Source of the DNA: Heterodontus francisci
Lineage: Eukaryota
DNA length: 64,000 bases
Direction of reading: 5' to 3'
Assembly (NCBI RefSeq): GCF_036365525.1
Contig: NC_090376.1
Span: 141,988,966-142,052,965, forward strand
A program made the translations under genes and the position numbers. Below, one piece after another: positions 11,650 to 23,800 of this stretch. Under the pieces are notes generated by a model. It had not been told where the DNA came from. It made no database searches and saw only the letters and a program-made list of their open reading frames with translations. Position 1 is the stretch's first letter. Every line of letters begins with the position of its first letter.

Positions 11650-13599
11650 CCCAGGAAGAAGAGAGAAAGAAACCATACAACAGTGATGAGGAAGAACCGT
11701 CAACTTGATCCGATACTCAGCCACCAGCCAAGATAATGGCACTACAAGGACCATATAGATAATATAGAGTCAGGATCTGTCCATGGTTAGTCACGGGGCA
11801 TGTGTGGGATACAGCCAAGCTGGCGGAACGTTCACTTGCCAGCTCCCCAGAAGCTGGGGTAATAAATGAGTTCTGCTGAAGGGGACTCAGGTGAGGTCTT
11901 CAGTGGGGCAGCTTACAAGAGACCGCTGATGAACATGCACATTGAGATGCTTGGTCCATTGACAATCCTGCTAGACAGCCTGTGTCACTGTCAAGGAGCA
12001 TGAAGAAGTCCACTTCAGTGTGGCACAGTGCATCATGCCGAGCTTGAAACCTATTCTTTCCATCGTGAAAGTGGTCGTCAACTTCATGACAGCACTAGCA
12101 GACCCAACCATGATGCAGTGTCTGATAGCTGCTGTCTCAGGTTCCACCACAGGACAGGTGGAAGCCACCCAACATCTCAGTGCTGCAGTGGAAGCTCAGA
12201 TGGAGGTCATGTGATCCATGCTTGTTGTCATGCAGGCTCAGATTGCTGCCATCATGGCTGCGGATCTCAGTACTCAAAGTGGCATGCAGGCCCTTGCGGC
12301 ACTCCAGCAATTAATCCGTCAACAGATTACAAGGATTGGTGAGGTGCCGCACTATGGGAGTGGCAGTGGCAACGTGGAACACGAACCTTCTGTTTTCTCA
12401 GGGTTACAGCTTTTGTGCTCTGACCATTGTCATCACATCATTGCCCTTTCTGGTGCTTCTCAGACAGCCAGCCCAGATTGCCACCTAACGTCTAAATGTA
12501 ATTAATGTTTAAGTTTTTTATTTTGATTACAGATGTAATTTACTGGGAGGGTTTGCACTTTAACTGTATTCACTAATTTCTTGATTTCTGCACTGTGTTT
12601 AATTTGTTTAATGCAATGTAACTGTGCTTTGTGTTTTTCGGCATCACAATAAAATCTGAAATGTATAGCACAGTCAACAGTGTTTTTAGCTTCACTGACG
12701 ACAGCACACACCACATAGGTAATTTCCACTTGTGAGTGGTACTTCTATGAACACTTTTCGCAAGTTAATAGTCTGGTGTCAAATGGAACGAGTTGAGCCA
12801 GAAACCATTCTAACTGGTCACAGTTGTAAATTATATAATTTTCAGCTGGAACCAGGTTCACTGGTCTCAACTAGAGCCAATATAATTTTCAACCCAACAA
12901 GTATAAATGGTCAACTGGAACCAGTACAATTGATTATGTTGTCCAAATTTCCATGATCAAGTGGTTCAAGTTGACCAGTTACAACTGGTTTTTATTTATG
13001 GGAAGCATTCATTGGACATGCACAGACAAGATTCCTGAAACAGAATGATTGTTTAACATCATGATAGTAACAGTCCTTCCACTTCTGGTGCATGTACAAC
13101 CCTTCCCAGAATGAACACCATGCAGGCTGTCCTGAAAGCGCCAGTTTCTTGCCTTGGAGCTTCAATTTCAGAGCACAATTTTGCACTCTTTAACTCTACC
13201 CTATGTTACATGATTATTATGCTACTGATTTAAGCAAATGATGTGATGAGCAATATATAACACCTCTATTTCTTTCCCTTCTACTGTACTAAATCTGGAA
13301 TGGTATATATGTCACAAATTCAATCTCCACCATCTACCATTCTGTATCTACCTACAGCAGGTTCTCCTTTTGAATTGATTTTATAGTTGCGGACATAGAA
13401 GTTGTGTAAAATATATGTCACAAATAAAAATACATTGTATAATAAAACTCAAAATATTGGGTAATTTATTTGTAAAAATAATACTCAGTTCCTTATTTAT
13501 TTTAGTAACAGGATAGAGTTATCACGGCATGTTTTTCTGGCTTTTGCCCTCAGGAAATGCTCAATTTTCTGGGATGCAAAAGTATGAAAAAGGGGTGGA

Positions 13600-14197
13600 G
13601 ACTGGGGTAGACAGATCTCTGCCTCTTTGAAGTAGTTTTGAAATTTTTAGGTCTTTACTAAAAGGGCGTGAGTTTGCAAGGGAGCGGTGCAGGGTCGGGA
13701 GGTTGGTTGGGGGGTGGTCAGAGCTCAGCCTGCAATGACAGTGACACAAGGCTGATAGTATTATTTAAATGAGGTGCATGGAGGTCGTTTTGGCCTTTCA
13801 CCTCATTCTCTAAGTTTGCCAGTTGCTGGGTATCCCAGATCAGGGGCAGTCAGAAAAGGTGATTCTGTGACCTTCATTAAACACTCACTGAAGAGAAGGT
13901 TTATGGAAGTCCTGGGCACAGACCAAAAATCTACAAGTAGGCCTTTTCTGTAATTTTTTGCTTCTACTCCAGAATCTTCAGATCACAGCAGTTTGAGACC
14001 TCTGGCTGGTAATGGATCAGGAAATCAATGGCAGATGCTGACCTCTGAGAGCGAAATCTCTGATTTCCTATCTCAACCACTAGCACCATCTTCTGCTAGG
14101 TAGAAATTCCAGTGATCCCAGAGCTAGACAGCAGCAGTGTCTTAGCCATTCCTATCTAGTACCAAAACTGGGATGGATGACCAGGAATATCTTCCCG
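13600..14197. mobile_element. Degenerate Harbinger-type MITE
   Basis: GC-rich block with TIR-like ends (GGGGTAGA.../...AATATCTTCCC) and ATTTAAATGAGG core; weak. Confidence 0.35.
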
Positions 14198-14424
14198 TAA
14201 AAATTATTGTGTTAATGAATCAATTCTGTACATTTAAAATTATCAGTAAGCTATACTATTTAACAGCTGAACCACATGTATAATTAACTGATGTTTGCAC
14301 TATTTTCTTCATCCTTTTTTCTTCATCCTCTCTACTTGTCTCCTTCAGAAGTTGACTGATGAAGATCACAAAAGTAAGTGGAGGTGAAAGAGAGAATTTG
14401 GCTTATGTAACTCCTCAAGCTTAC

Positions 14425-14557
14425 TAAAAACAAAAAGTGCTGGAAATTCTCAGCAGGTCTCTCTCCGCAGATGCTGCCAAACCCTGCTGAGTATTTCCAG
14501 CACTTTTTTTATTTCAGATTTTCAGCATCTGCAGTATTTTGATTTTATTTTGCTTTT
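14425..14557 (+). repeat. Penelope-derived terminal repeat fragment (partly inverted)
   Basis: CAGATGCTGCCAAACCCTGCTGAGTATTTCCAGCAC...CAGCATCTGCAGTATTTTG matches 38210-38297 and 25860-25945. Confidence 0.7.
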
Positions 14558-14589
14558 ATCCTCAAGATTAAGGTTGTATTTAAATTATG

Positions 14590-14900
14590 GCCCATTCAAC
14601 ACATCATGTTTGAGTGACTCCAGAATGTTTGCCTCAACAATCCTAATCGGAAATTCAGTCCAGGTATTACACTCTCTTTGGGTGAAGAAATTTCTCTGTA
14701 CATCAGTCCCAAACTTGTCTTTTATCAGTTTCTATCTAGGTCACCTTGTCCTTGAATTATATTTTAACTTGATCTAGTGCTCTAGATTAACCTTTTCTGT
14801 TCCACTAGCATTTATATCTCTCTAAGATCCTCACTCATTCACCTCAATTCAAGACCAAAATATTTTCCTCATACAGCCCGTCAAAACATCAGTTAGCAAC
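14590..14900 (-). mobile_element. Old CR1 3' fragment
   Basis: ACTCTCTTTGGGTGAAGAAATTTCTC is the reverse of the CR1 RNFFTQRV motif; heavily decayed. Confidence 0.55.
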
Positions 14901-14999
14901 ATGGCTTTTCTCCTTACTTTTTTGTTGTTTCTCTTGTGAACTTAATTTCAAGAACTGCAGCCTGACCAGAATATTGAACCTTCAACATGACTTCTTGCT

Positions 15000-15250
15000 G
15001 GATATAGTTTCACGGGTATCAGATTCCCTCTGATACTTACTCAGATGTCTATTGTTCATGTGTGAATCTATATAGAGAAGTTGATTGTTGGGACATCACA
15101 GCTAACAAGCATCACTGAATAGTGATCAGGAGAATAAATTCCAGTCCATTTTTCTTTCCAATTCCCAGGGGTGCTAAGGCCAATTGTAGTATCGCACTGC
15201 TATCATGGCTCAGGACGGTTAACTTAACACAGACTGGTAATTGAGCATAC
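15000..15250 (-). repeat. Ancient SINE-like repeat (second copy at about 24590-24930)
   Basis: Degenerate blocks (CCCAGGGGTGCTAAGGCCAATTGTAG; TTAACTTAACACAGAC) shared with 24770-24920. Confidence 0.45.
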
Positions 15251-15251
15251 A

Positions 15252-15414
15252 GGGTGGAATTTTATGCTCTCCCTTGCAGCGGGTGGGATGGTGGCAGTTA
15301 AGTGCCTGATTGGCACTAAATTAGGCGAGCGTTCTATACAAGGGGCGATGCGGGGACCTCGGCGTCGGTTTCCCCCAACGTCAAGACCCCTGCTGCCAGC
15401 CCAAAATTCCAGCC
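15252..15414. mobile_element. 163-bp Harbinger-type MITE
   Basis: TIRs GGGTGGAATTTT / AAAATTCCAGCC; flanks ACA/ATA (3-bp TSD with one mismatch). Confidence 0.8.
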
Positions 15415-16599
15415 ATAATATTTTTGACCTGTAACAGCTCTTCTATCCAATGTCTGAAACATGTAAATTATCGGGGAGCTCACTAGATAGGTTCTTTTGA
15501 AGCAATATGAAATTATGATGATGCATGAGAAACTGGATTGAACATTATTCTGATCCATTCAGAATAAGCACAGAAAATGTTAGAAACACACAGCAAATCC
15601 ATCAGTCTTGGTAAAGAAAAATGTTGTTAGTATTTCAGATGTAGAGCCATTTAAAAATCGAGCACAAGTGGCCATTTTTACCGAAGATAAGCCGGAGGTA
15701 AGTCTCCTATCAAATAACAGCTAGAGATCTACATGGTCCGCAGAGGTGTTTTAGCCTAAACTTAATTCAAAATCACTTAATTTTAATGATTGGATACTTC
15801 AAATATTTAAGTGACAAATTGACTATTATTGGGAACAGACTGTTTTGAAATGAAAAATGGTAGCTGTTTGCTGGCTCTGAGTTTCAGTGGTCAGGAGCTG
15901 ATTTCAAATTTCCAAGCTAAATAGCCTGCTGACCAATACTGCCATCAATAACTGTAATTCACACAGCACTTACTGTGTGAGGTTGCAGAGGTCAGCTTGT
16001 ACCCTAGAACTGTAGCTCAACAAGGGGTTAGTCAACACCTTCAGAAAAGGAAGGAAGCAGAGAAAATAATAAGAGAAAGATGAAACTGACAATGTCACAC
16101 TTGAACAGCAGGGATTGTTTTAATGCATTTTGTGTTGAGGCATGTTGCTGTACCTGACTTGAAGTTCTTGATTGGGTGCCATAAGCATGAGTGCTTTATC
16201 ATCCAGTACTGATGTCATTTACCTCAATAAGCACACACAAAAACTAAATATTCAAATAATTTATTTTTGAAATGATTTTTTTTATTTGTGTGTCAACATG
16301 TATTTTTTATATTTGGTTGTTTTCCATTTTTATTATTGAAGACAGTGACAATGCACAGCATTTTGTGTTTATGCAAATAAGTTGCATAATATTCTGTTAT
16401 TCACTTTATAGTTAATCAGTCGCCATCTACAGAGTTATTAAAACCATCTTTCCATGTGATTAATGTCTTGAGCATCATATAAAAGCTAGTTCAGTGCTTT
16501 GATTTCCATTGTTACCCACAGAGCTCAAATAAATTATGGGTGATATATGTCCTGAATGAGGTGTAAAAAGAGAATATGTAGTTCCATGTATTTATGAAT

Positions 16600-17020
16600 T
16601 ATGCCCTATCGATGTCTGTGAAAGCAACTAAAACATTTAGTTTTTACAACATTGGTGCATCTCAACCCTTAAACATGACTTTTGCCACTGCCGTTATTAC
16701 TGATTCTTCTGTATCAAGGTATTTCAGATCACGACTACTTTGTTCAGGACAGTTGATCACTACATTTCTTTATCAGTAATTTCACAGTAACACAGAGCCA
16801 AACAGGAGTTATTTCAGACTGAAAGCACCCCTGGTTTCGTGACTGCCAACAATTGGACCAAAATCTCTTGCTGACAGTAACAACAAATGAAGACATTTTT
16901 AGAAGCAGGAATGGATCTCACATGGTGAATGTGTAGGTGGTATGGAATTCATACGTAGGATATTATTAGGAATTTGTGTGATGATTTCCCTGGGTTCAAA
17001 CCACAATTCCTGCATGATTT
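16600..17020 (+). pseudogene. Very old Harbinger transposase fossil
   Basis: NEDIFRSRNGSHMVNV*VV (cf. F.NRKG.HS.NVQ), FPG...NHNS (cf. PGS.HDS), PGFVTANNWTKI (cf. PGVVGAIDCTHI). Confidence 0.6.
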
Positions 17021-17129
17021 GACAGTAATGTCTGTGGTACATGTTTGCTGTGATACCTTTTCAGCTAATTTCTTGGAAATTGTAAAGGTCTACAATCTGT
17101 TATGAATTTTCAGTGTATTCACATTGTTA

Positions 17130-17720
17130 ACAAGGAACATAGGAACAGGAGAAGGCCATTCAGCCACTCAAAGCTGTTCCACCATTCATTTAGGTTATAG
17201 CTGATCTATACCTCAATGTTATTCAGCCACCTTTGTTCCATATCCTTTGATGCCCTTACCAAACAAAAGTCTATCAATCTCAATAGCCTTTAAGGAGAGA
17301 AAGTTCCAGATCTCCATTCCCCTTTGTGTGAAATAATGCTTCCTAATCACTCCTACATGGCCCAGCTCGAAAAATTACACCTCTTGTTCTGAATGTGCCT
17401 ATCATAGGAAATAGATGCTCTATATCCTATTGAATCTCATTATCATTTTAAACAACTTCAATAGATTACCTCCCCCCCCCCCACCTTCTAAACTCAAGAG
17501 AAGACCAAGTTTATGCAAATAGTCTTCAGAATTTAATTTTTTAAGTCCTCATAACGTTCTGATAAATCTCTGCTCTTCCCAGGCCAATGTATCGAACTTG
17601 ATGTTCTGACCACGGCTCTGCACAACTGAAGCATCACTTTTGAATTCCAACCCCCTTGAGATCAAGGCCAATGTTGCATTAATATTTTTGATTAGTTTTT
17701 GTACTATGTCATTTATTTGT
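17130..17720 (-). mobile_element. CR1 3' fragment
   Basis: GGAACATAGGAACAGGAGAAGGCCATTCAGCC is the reverse of a CR1 3' tail; decayed ORF2 end follows. Confidence 0.8.
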
Positions 17721-18339
17721 ACCAGTGTTAAAGAGTGCCATCTGTAGCTCTTCCCCCATTATTCTTTTGCCAGGCCTCCAGGTTCCAGCACAAGCCAAGT
17801 ATACATAAAACCAGGTGGTAAAAGCGCATCTTGTCACTGTGTGGTGACATTGTAAATTTGTTTATGAAGATTCTATGTGGTAAGTTTAGCAAGAGCATAA
17901 ATGTGTTATTTTGTTACAACATCTTTAAGATATTTCCAGGAACAGCAAACAGTGAAAGTCTTTCCAAATACATTTTTAGGTTTGTTAAACAAAACAATAA
18001 AAGAAATCATTAACCACACATGATTGGTAGTTGAAAATCCATTTAGAATTGTAATAAAAAGCTGTTCTGTTATTTAGATTTTCATACTTTTTATTGTTTA
18101 TTTTAAATATTATAATTCTTACAAAAGATACACATTAAGCTCATGGAAAATATCAAGTTTGATAAAGAAAACAACAGATATGGAAAATTTTAAGAAGCGA
18201 TACCTCCAAACACAGAGTCTAGCTTGATGGAAGGGCAGAGAAAAGAAGATTAAAAATAAAGTGGGCTTCAAATCGGGCACAGTGACCTCTGCACCTGATT
18301 GTCTGCTTATCGCACCCAATCCGGAAACATTAATCCAAC

Positions 18340-18535
18340 ATAAGGTACAGTAGTATGGTAGTTATGGTACGAGACTAGTAACTCGGAGGTTGTGCGTTCA
18401 AATCTCATTAGACAAGTGATGAAATTGAATTCAATAAATCTGGCAGATTTTGAATTAGCATCAGAAAAATTACCATGTAAAAATTTATCAGGCTCACTAA
18501 TGTCCTTCTACCTTGTCTAGCCTATGTGTGAATTC
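18340..18535 (+). mobile_element. Degenerate tRNA-derived SINE (family 2)
   Basis: B-box-like GTTCAAATC, then CTCACTAATGTCCTTCTACCTTGTCTAGCCTATGTGTGA resembling 51078-51140. Confidence 0.55.
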
Positions 18536-19183
18536 AATTTTAAAAAAAGCTCTATGATCCCAACCTAAAAGAAAGGACTCAATTAGCAACTATATCTATT
18601 TCTTGGAGCTTAATATATCTCTTGGAAACATTGCTACAAGTTCAGATGTGGCAGAGATGTCTTCCTAGGTTCAGTGGTAACAGTTACTCCCATAAACACT
18701 TTTTAATGGGACTCCACTCAGTCTGCTCCACAATAGTGTACCCCAGAGGTGAAATAATAGTATGCCTTTCTGCTCGAAATTGGATATCTGTATCTTTTGC
18801 ACAAGTACTGTTTCAGTCTCGTCAAAAACAGACTGAGCAAACATTTAGTGAGATGTAGCTTCATATGAATTTATAAGCTGCTTTATTTCAGAGTTAGGTG
18901 AACATACAGAACATCAGTTATGATTGGATTAACTTAATTAAATGAGAGTAAGGTATCTGCCTGATATTACAAAATAAAGAACAAGCCACACTTCCCCACA
19001 CTGGTGGGTCATCTGGCTTGATCTGAACAGAATTATTTCCCTGCATGGTAACCTTCATGTAGTCTTTAATCGACTAATTTACTTTGTAGCTCTCAATTCC
19101 AAATACCTCACTGCCTGCAGCATCCTTTGTCAAAAGTCTTGCTGATTTTTGGTGCCTGTGTCACTGCCATTTTTATCTCTCAC

Positions 19184-20811
19184 TGTTACGTGCAGGTGAG
19201 AAAGAGGTCTCGGATTCCCTTTCAGCCTTCACCTGGTTTTGCTGTAATAGGGTTTAATTTTAAACATCCCGTGACCTGAATTTTACGCCACCCCAACAGG
19301 CCAGATGGTGGTGGGAGAGTGGCGTAAAATGGAGTGGGAGGCCTTCCCGACCCACTCCCGCCTCCCCCCCAGTTTACGTAGGGCGGGGGAGGCGAAAAAC
19401 AGGCTGCCTGCCCCAGGCCAATCAAGGCCCTTAAGTTGCCAATTAACCACCACTTAAAGGCCTTCGCCCATCTCCATGCTGATTTTATGTGCGGCAAGCG
19501 GGTGTCCTGGAGCCAGGAAAGGCCGCTCGGTAAAAGCTGGCGGCCTCTCCGCGCCCTAGGGGTTGGCACTGACAATCGGGCACAGGGTCCCCGATTGAGG
19601 GCTGCCTCTGCTTCCCCTTCACCCCCAGAACCCAAGATGCCCCCCTCCCCCCCAAACAATCACCCTTGCCTCGTCAGGGCCTGACCGATTACCCCCAGCG
19701 AGGCAACCCAAACTTGCCTGGACTCCTAGCTCCATGTCCTCCGCTGGGCTGCAGTCCCAGCAGTAGCTGCCACTCCCAGTGGCGCTGCTGGGACTAAGAG
19801 CTGCCGGCCCGCTGTTTGGCCGGCAGCTCAATGAGGCGGGACTTCCTCAGGTGGAAGTCCCGCCTCGGAACAATTAAAGCCTGGGGACCCATAAAATGCG
19901 GGACGGAACCCCAGGCTAGGCAGAAGCAGGTTCACCACTGGGTTTTATGTCAGTGGCCAGCTCCTGTCTGCCCAATGTAAAATCCAGCCCCATGTTTTTT
20001 TGGCTCCCCCTTGGTGAATCCTTGTTCACCGCTTTTCAATTATAAGACAAAGAAACCAGAACAAACATGCTTTCTCAGGTTTAAAGAAGAAAAGTTGAAA
20101 TTTATTAAACTTAAAATCTAATTCAATTAACGTCTACGAATACACGACGCACCCATGCTGGCATACATATGTGATACACACATGCAAATAGAGACAGAAA
20201 AGAGCAGAAGAAAAATAAAGTGGAAAGGTTTGAGGCAATATCTGAAGAGTTGTTGTTACGGTTCTTCCAGCTCACTGTAGAGTTCTTTATAGGTAGATCT
20301 TGCTTTTTGTTGGGGCCCAGTATTCTTCTTAAACTTTGTTCGTTCTAGCAGTCTTTTCTCTCTGGGGGGTTCATGTGTCTTCAGTGGATTCAGAGGCTTA
20401 TGAGAAAGAGATGGGAGCAGACAGGAGAGAGATCTTCTCAGTCCAGGAGCAAACAGACACTCTGCCCAAACTGTTTGTACAAATTCAAAAAACTCAGGTT
20501 GCCCAGCAGGTTAGTCATGTGACTAGCTGGTTTGACCATGTCCGTTTGTGTATTTGGCCATCTTAGCAGTCAACCTGGAATGCGAGCTCACCAACCTTCA
20601 AAGTCTGGTGATCAAAAGTCCATTGTGGGTTGAACGCCAGGGAATGGCTGGTTTGTCCTCCCAAACACTGTCTGTTAATATGCAAATATCTTTTGCAACT
20701 ATGGCTGACCTGTTCAACAAGTCCTTTCTTAACACTAGTAGCAGTTTAAAATCAATGTTCATGACAAAATTAATATGCCTCATTCTTGGCAGGTGGGGGC
20801 CTGGCATGACA
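19184..20811. mobile_element. Solo LTR (about 0.9 kb) with nested MITE
   Basis: TGTTACG...CATGACA termini; exact 5-bp TSD CTCAC (19179-19183, 20812-20816). Confidence 0.85.
19273..19990. mobile_element. Harbinger-type MITE, about 720 bp
   Basis: TIRs GACCTGAATTTTAC / GTAAAATCCAGCCC; flanks CGT/CAT; same family as 25225-25856 in opposite orientation. Confidence 0.85.
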
Positions 20812-23800
20812 CTCACCTTTAACAGCCAGAAAAGGAACACCTACTAGATCCTCTGCTGAACATCTCAGACCAGCAACTCTCTGATACCAACTTGTAAGGG
20901 TATATTGAATACCAAGACAAGCTAATAAACTGGTTATTGTCTACAAGTCACTGAAAAAACATCAAAGCTAACTTATTAGTATCTTAACTATTTTTTCCCC
21001 TCAGAGTCCTTTTTATTAGCTTCTGCAAGTATACATTGCGATTAAAATCTGATATTAAAGGTAACTCCTTCTTCAAATTCTTCTCTGTGACAAAAATGAT
21101 TGAAAGATCCTGAAATTTGGCAGCACATGACAGCATGCCATGTTGAGTAAGCCTCCAAGAATGGGCCCAGATGGCTTTCAAGATGGAGCCTAAATATCAC
21201 TTGTGTTGATTGGATATATTCCACATTATTAGCCTTATGTTTTGTTTTAGGGAGGCTCACATAGCGATACTGCACCTTCTTGCAGTCAGTAGACAGAGTT
21301 CTGCTAGCTTGCTCATTGCAGTTCACTCTCACTGCCCAGTTGTTCTGTGCAATGAGCATTGAGCTAGGTCCTTTGGAAGTGCAAAGCTGATTGTAGTTTT
21401 TGTACTGTCTGAATCTACTATCCAGACAATTTAAGTAAAGGAGCATTATGAGAATATGTGCAGGAAGGTAGTCTTCTGGCTGCAACTCCTCTAATAGTCA
21501 TCTCAATTTGTGGAGCTTTTGTGGGGTGCAAAACATAATCTTCAATTGGCCTATGTGCATATTGTTGGATTCCCTCGGTCTCATTCCAAGTTTTTCATCA
21601 GGATGTCTCTTTTGGTTTTAGTTTTGGAGGTGAGCATGGTACACAGTGTTTACAGGAGATTGCTGGGGAGTACAGGAAGAAGTCCAGAGTGGATTGTTCA
21701 AACTGAAGTCTGCAAAGTATTGCAGAGTTCTGGAGGTAATGCTTCATATGTAAATAGCACTAATGGTCTTGCTCAGAGCTGTGATGTTTATGGGCAGTAA
21801 AAGAGTATAATCTGACTCTTATTGAAGATCTGGCCTAATCTGAGACTCTCTTTCTCGTGTCAGGTTCTGATTCTGCCTGAGAACAGAAGGGGAAAGGCTT
21901 GATACTTGTATCTTCAGGGTGACAGACACTTCTGTTCAGGTGCAGGTTTCAGCAACAATGAGGTGTTGCTGGATCCCTGAGTGTGTGTGTGTGTGAATGG
22001 TTAATGGTACACAGGGTTGATAAGGATGTCTCCATCTTCAGTCTTGAATTTTTCTGGGAGGCAGGGCTAGGCCACAATCAAATTAATTGAAGCTTACCAG
22101 CAAAAGCATCTGAAATTTGGGTGGTAAGGATGCCATTCTTTAAGAAGCTGAAGATGCTGAAGTATTTTAATGGCTTCTTGCCATCCGGAGGAAATTTCAG
22201 GTGTAAGTGTGTAGCATGCAAAACTTTTGGGTTAGTACATTGAAGGATTCAATCCTAAATAGATAGCGGTGGCAGGGGAGCATAATCATATTTATTGTTG
22301 TCACACTGCCCAGGAGAGTTATCAGCAGGTTATCCAGCTGGCTAAGTTAGCTACACACTGGTTTGGGGGAAGGGAGGAGGTCAGTGCACACATGATGGCA
22401 AGTTTCAATGTGACATATACACAATGGTACCTAAAGCTAGACCCTGAGCATGCAAAGGACTCCCACACTTCTGTATGACCATCCTACGCTCACATAATTT
22501 CCCATATTCTTTGATGCTTTGAAAGTTTTCTTTTTCTCTACTTTTAATGATCTTGTTGATTAGAGTATCAACCTCTTTGGCCTTGCTTCCTGTCTATGGA
22601 GGAATTACTACTCAAGATCAAGCAAAACGCCTGACACATCCATACACCATGAGTAAGTGCGACACCAGAATACTGCCCATTATGTCAAACTGTAAATCAT
22701 AAATAACTAATTCTAACCACAGCAGAAAATGAATTATTTGTAGCCTGCTGTTTTAACACAGAGATGTGATGCTGTCACACTTTGGTCTGGATCAGACAAA
22801 GAACTGCAATTTGTTAAACTCATTAAAAGGCCAGATAGCACTGAGTGATATGTTTATCAAAACTTTGCACTGAGACCCGACAACATTTGCATTGCATTCC
22901 CGTTGCATCACAACTCCATCTACTGGTTCATTCAGCATGATTATCACATCAATTAAAGAATTCCCAGCAGGGATCAGAGCTGGTACACCTCAGTAAATGA
23001 AATGCAGCATTTCAAGGATGGTCTTCCAAATGAAATGAGTTCTGCATTACCAGAGGACTTTACTCATTAGAGTTTACAGGGAGGGATTGAAGCTCCTCTG
23101 CTAGCTTTCATAACAAACATTTCCCCATACATTTTATCAGCATCAAGAGCACAGAAAAATAACTCCAGCGCCAAGCAAATAACACTAACAACTGTTTAGT
23201 TAATGGCACAGTACTGCATGTGCACCAAGTGCAATGATACAATTTAAAGCAAGAACAAGAGACTTATGTTAGCTATCAACAATGATATTTTATTTTTGGA
23301 TTTCTACAGCATGCTGAATTAGCAACATGATATCATTGTTTATTGTACTGCTGGTGGGGAACCTTGCTTGCTGGGAGAACGTATTGTCATTGCGAGCACA
23401 TACTCCCAATGATCTTCTGACCTAGAAAATCATGCTGAAAGCACACTTAAGTCCCCAATTTGAGATCTCAGTAGAAGAGGCTTTCCATCAGGTGTGGAAA
23501 TTCGTAAGATTACTCCTAATAGGTCAAATTCCATTTTTATTATAGAGGAATTGTATGTGTAGTTTGGGAATTGCATACCATGATTCGATCCATTTACAGT
23601 CAAGACAAGTGATTAGTAGTGGTTCAGCAAGATCTGTTTTTAATCTGATATGAAACAGCAGCATACTATTTTACAAAGGTATGCACTGATCCCTCACTGC
23701 ATGTGCTGCATCATGGTATCTGCCCAGTTTAATTAAATCACATTTGTAATGGATATGGCTTTATGGCGATTAAATCAATTTTACCTTGAAAACTGTAAGC

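Larger units (their letters stand above)
9770..12490 (+). pseudogene. Second Harbinger-type Myb/SANT gene remnant, interrupted by a solo LTR
   Basis: 9790-10000 reads RTPRYTNGALEA...WKKVAKEVNTCSLVPRTWQHCQKKFN; acceptor CTCTCTTGCAG then GACAAGG at 10294, like exon 2 of the other copies; Ala/Met/Gln-rich remnants at 12020-12500. Confidence 0.65.

Noticed and set aside
10628-11654. TSD for the putative solo LTR
   Set aside because: Flanks TACGC and CCCAG do not match, so the element is reported without a TSD and at lower confidence.
16418-16435. CTCF-like motif (also near 17735)
   Set aside because: Partial match only, expected by chance in 64 kb.
19222-19831. GC-rich ORFs of 70-145 aa (also 25196-25995, 28822-29821, 48792-49565)
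   Set aside because: They lie within non-coding MITEs; open frames reflect high GC content, with no domain motifs.
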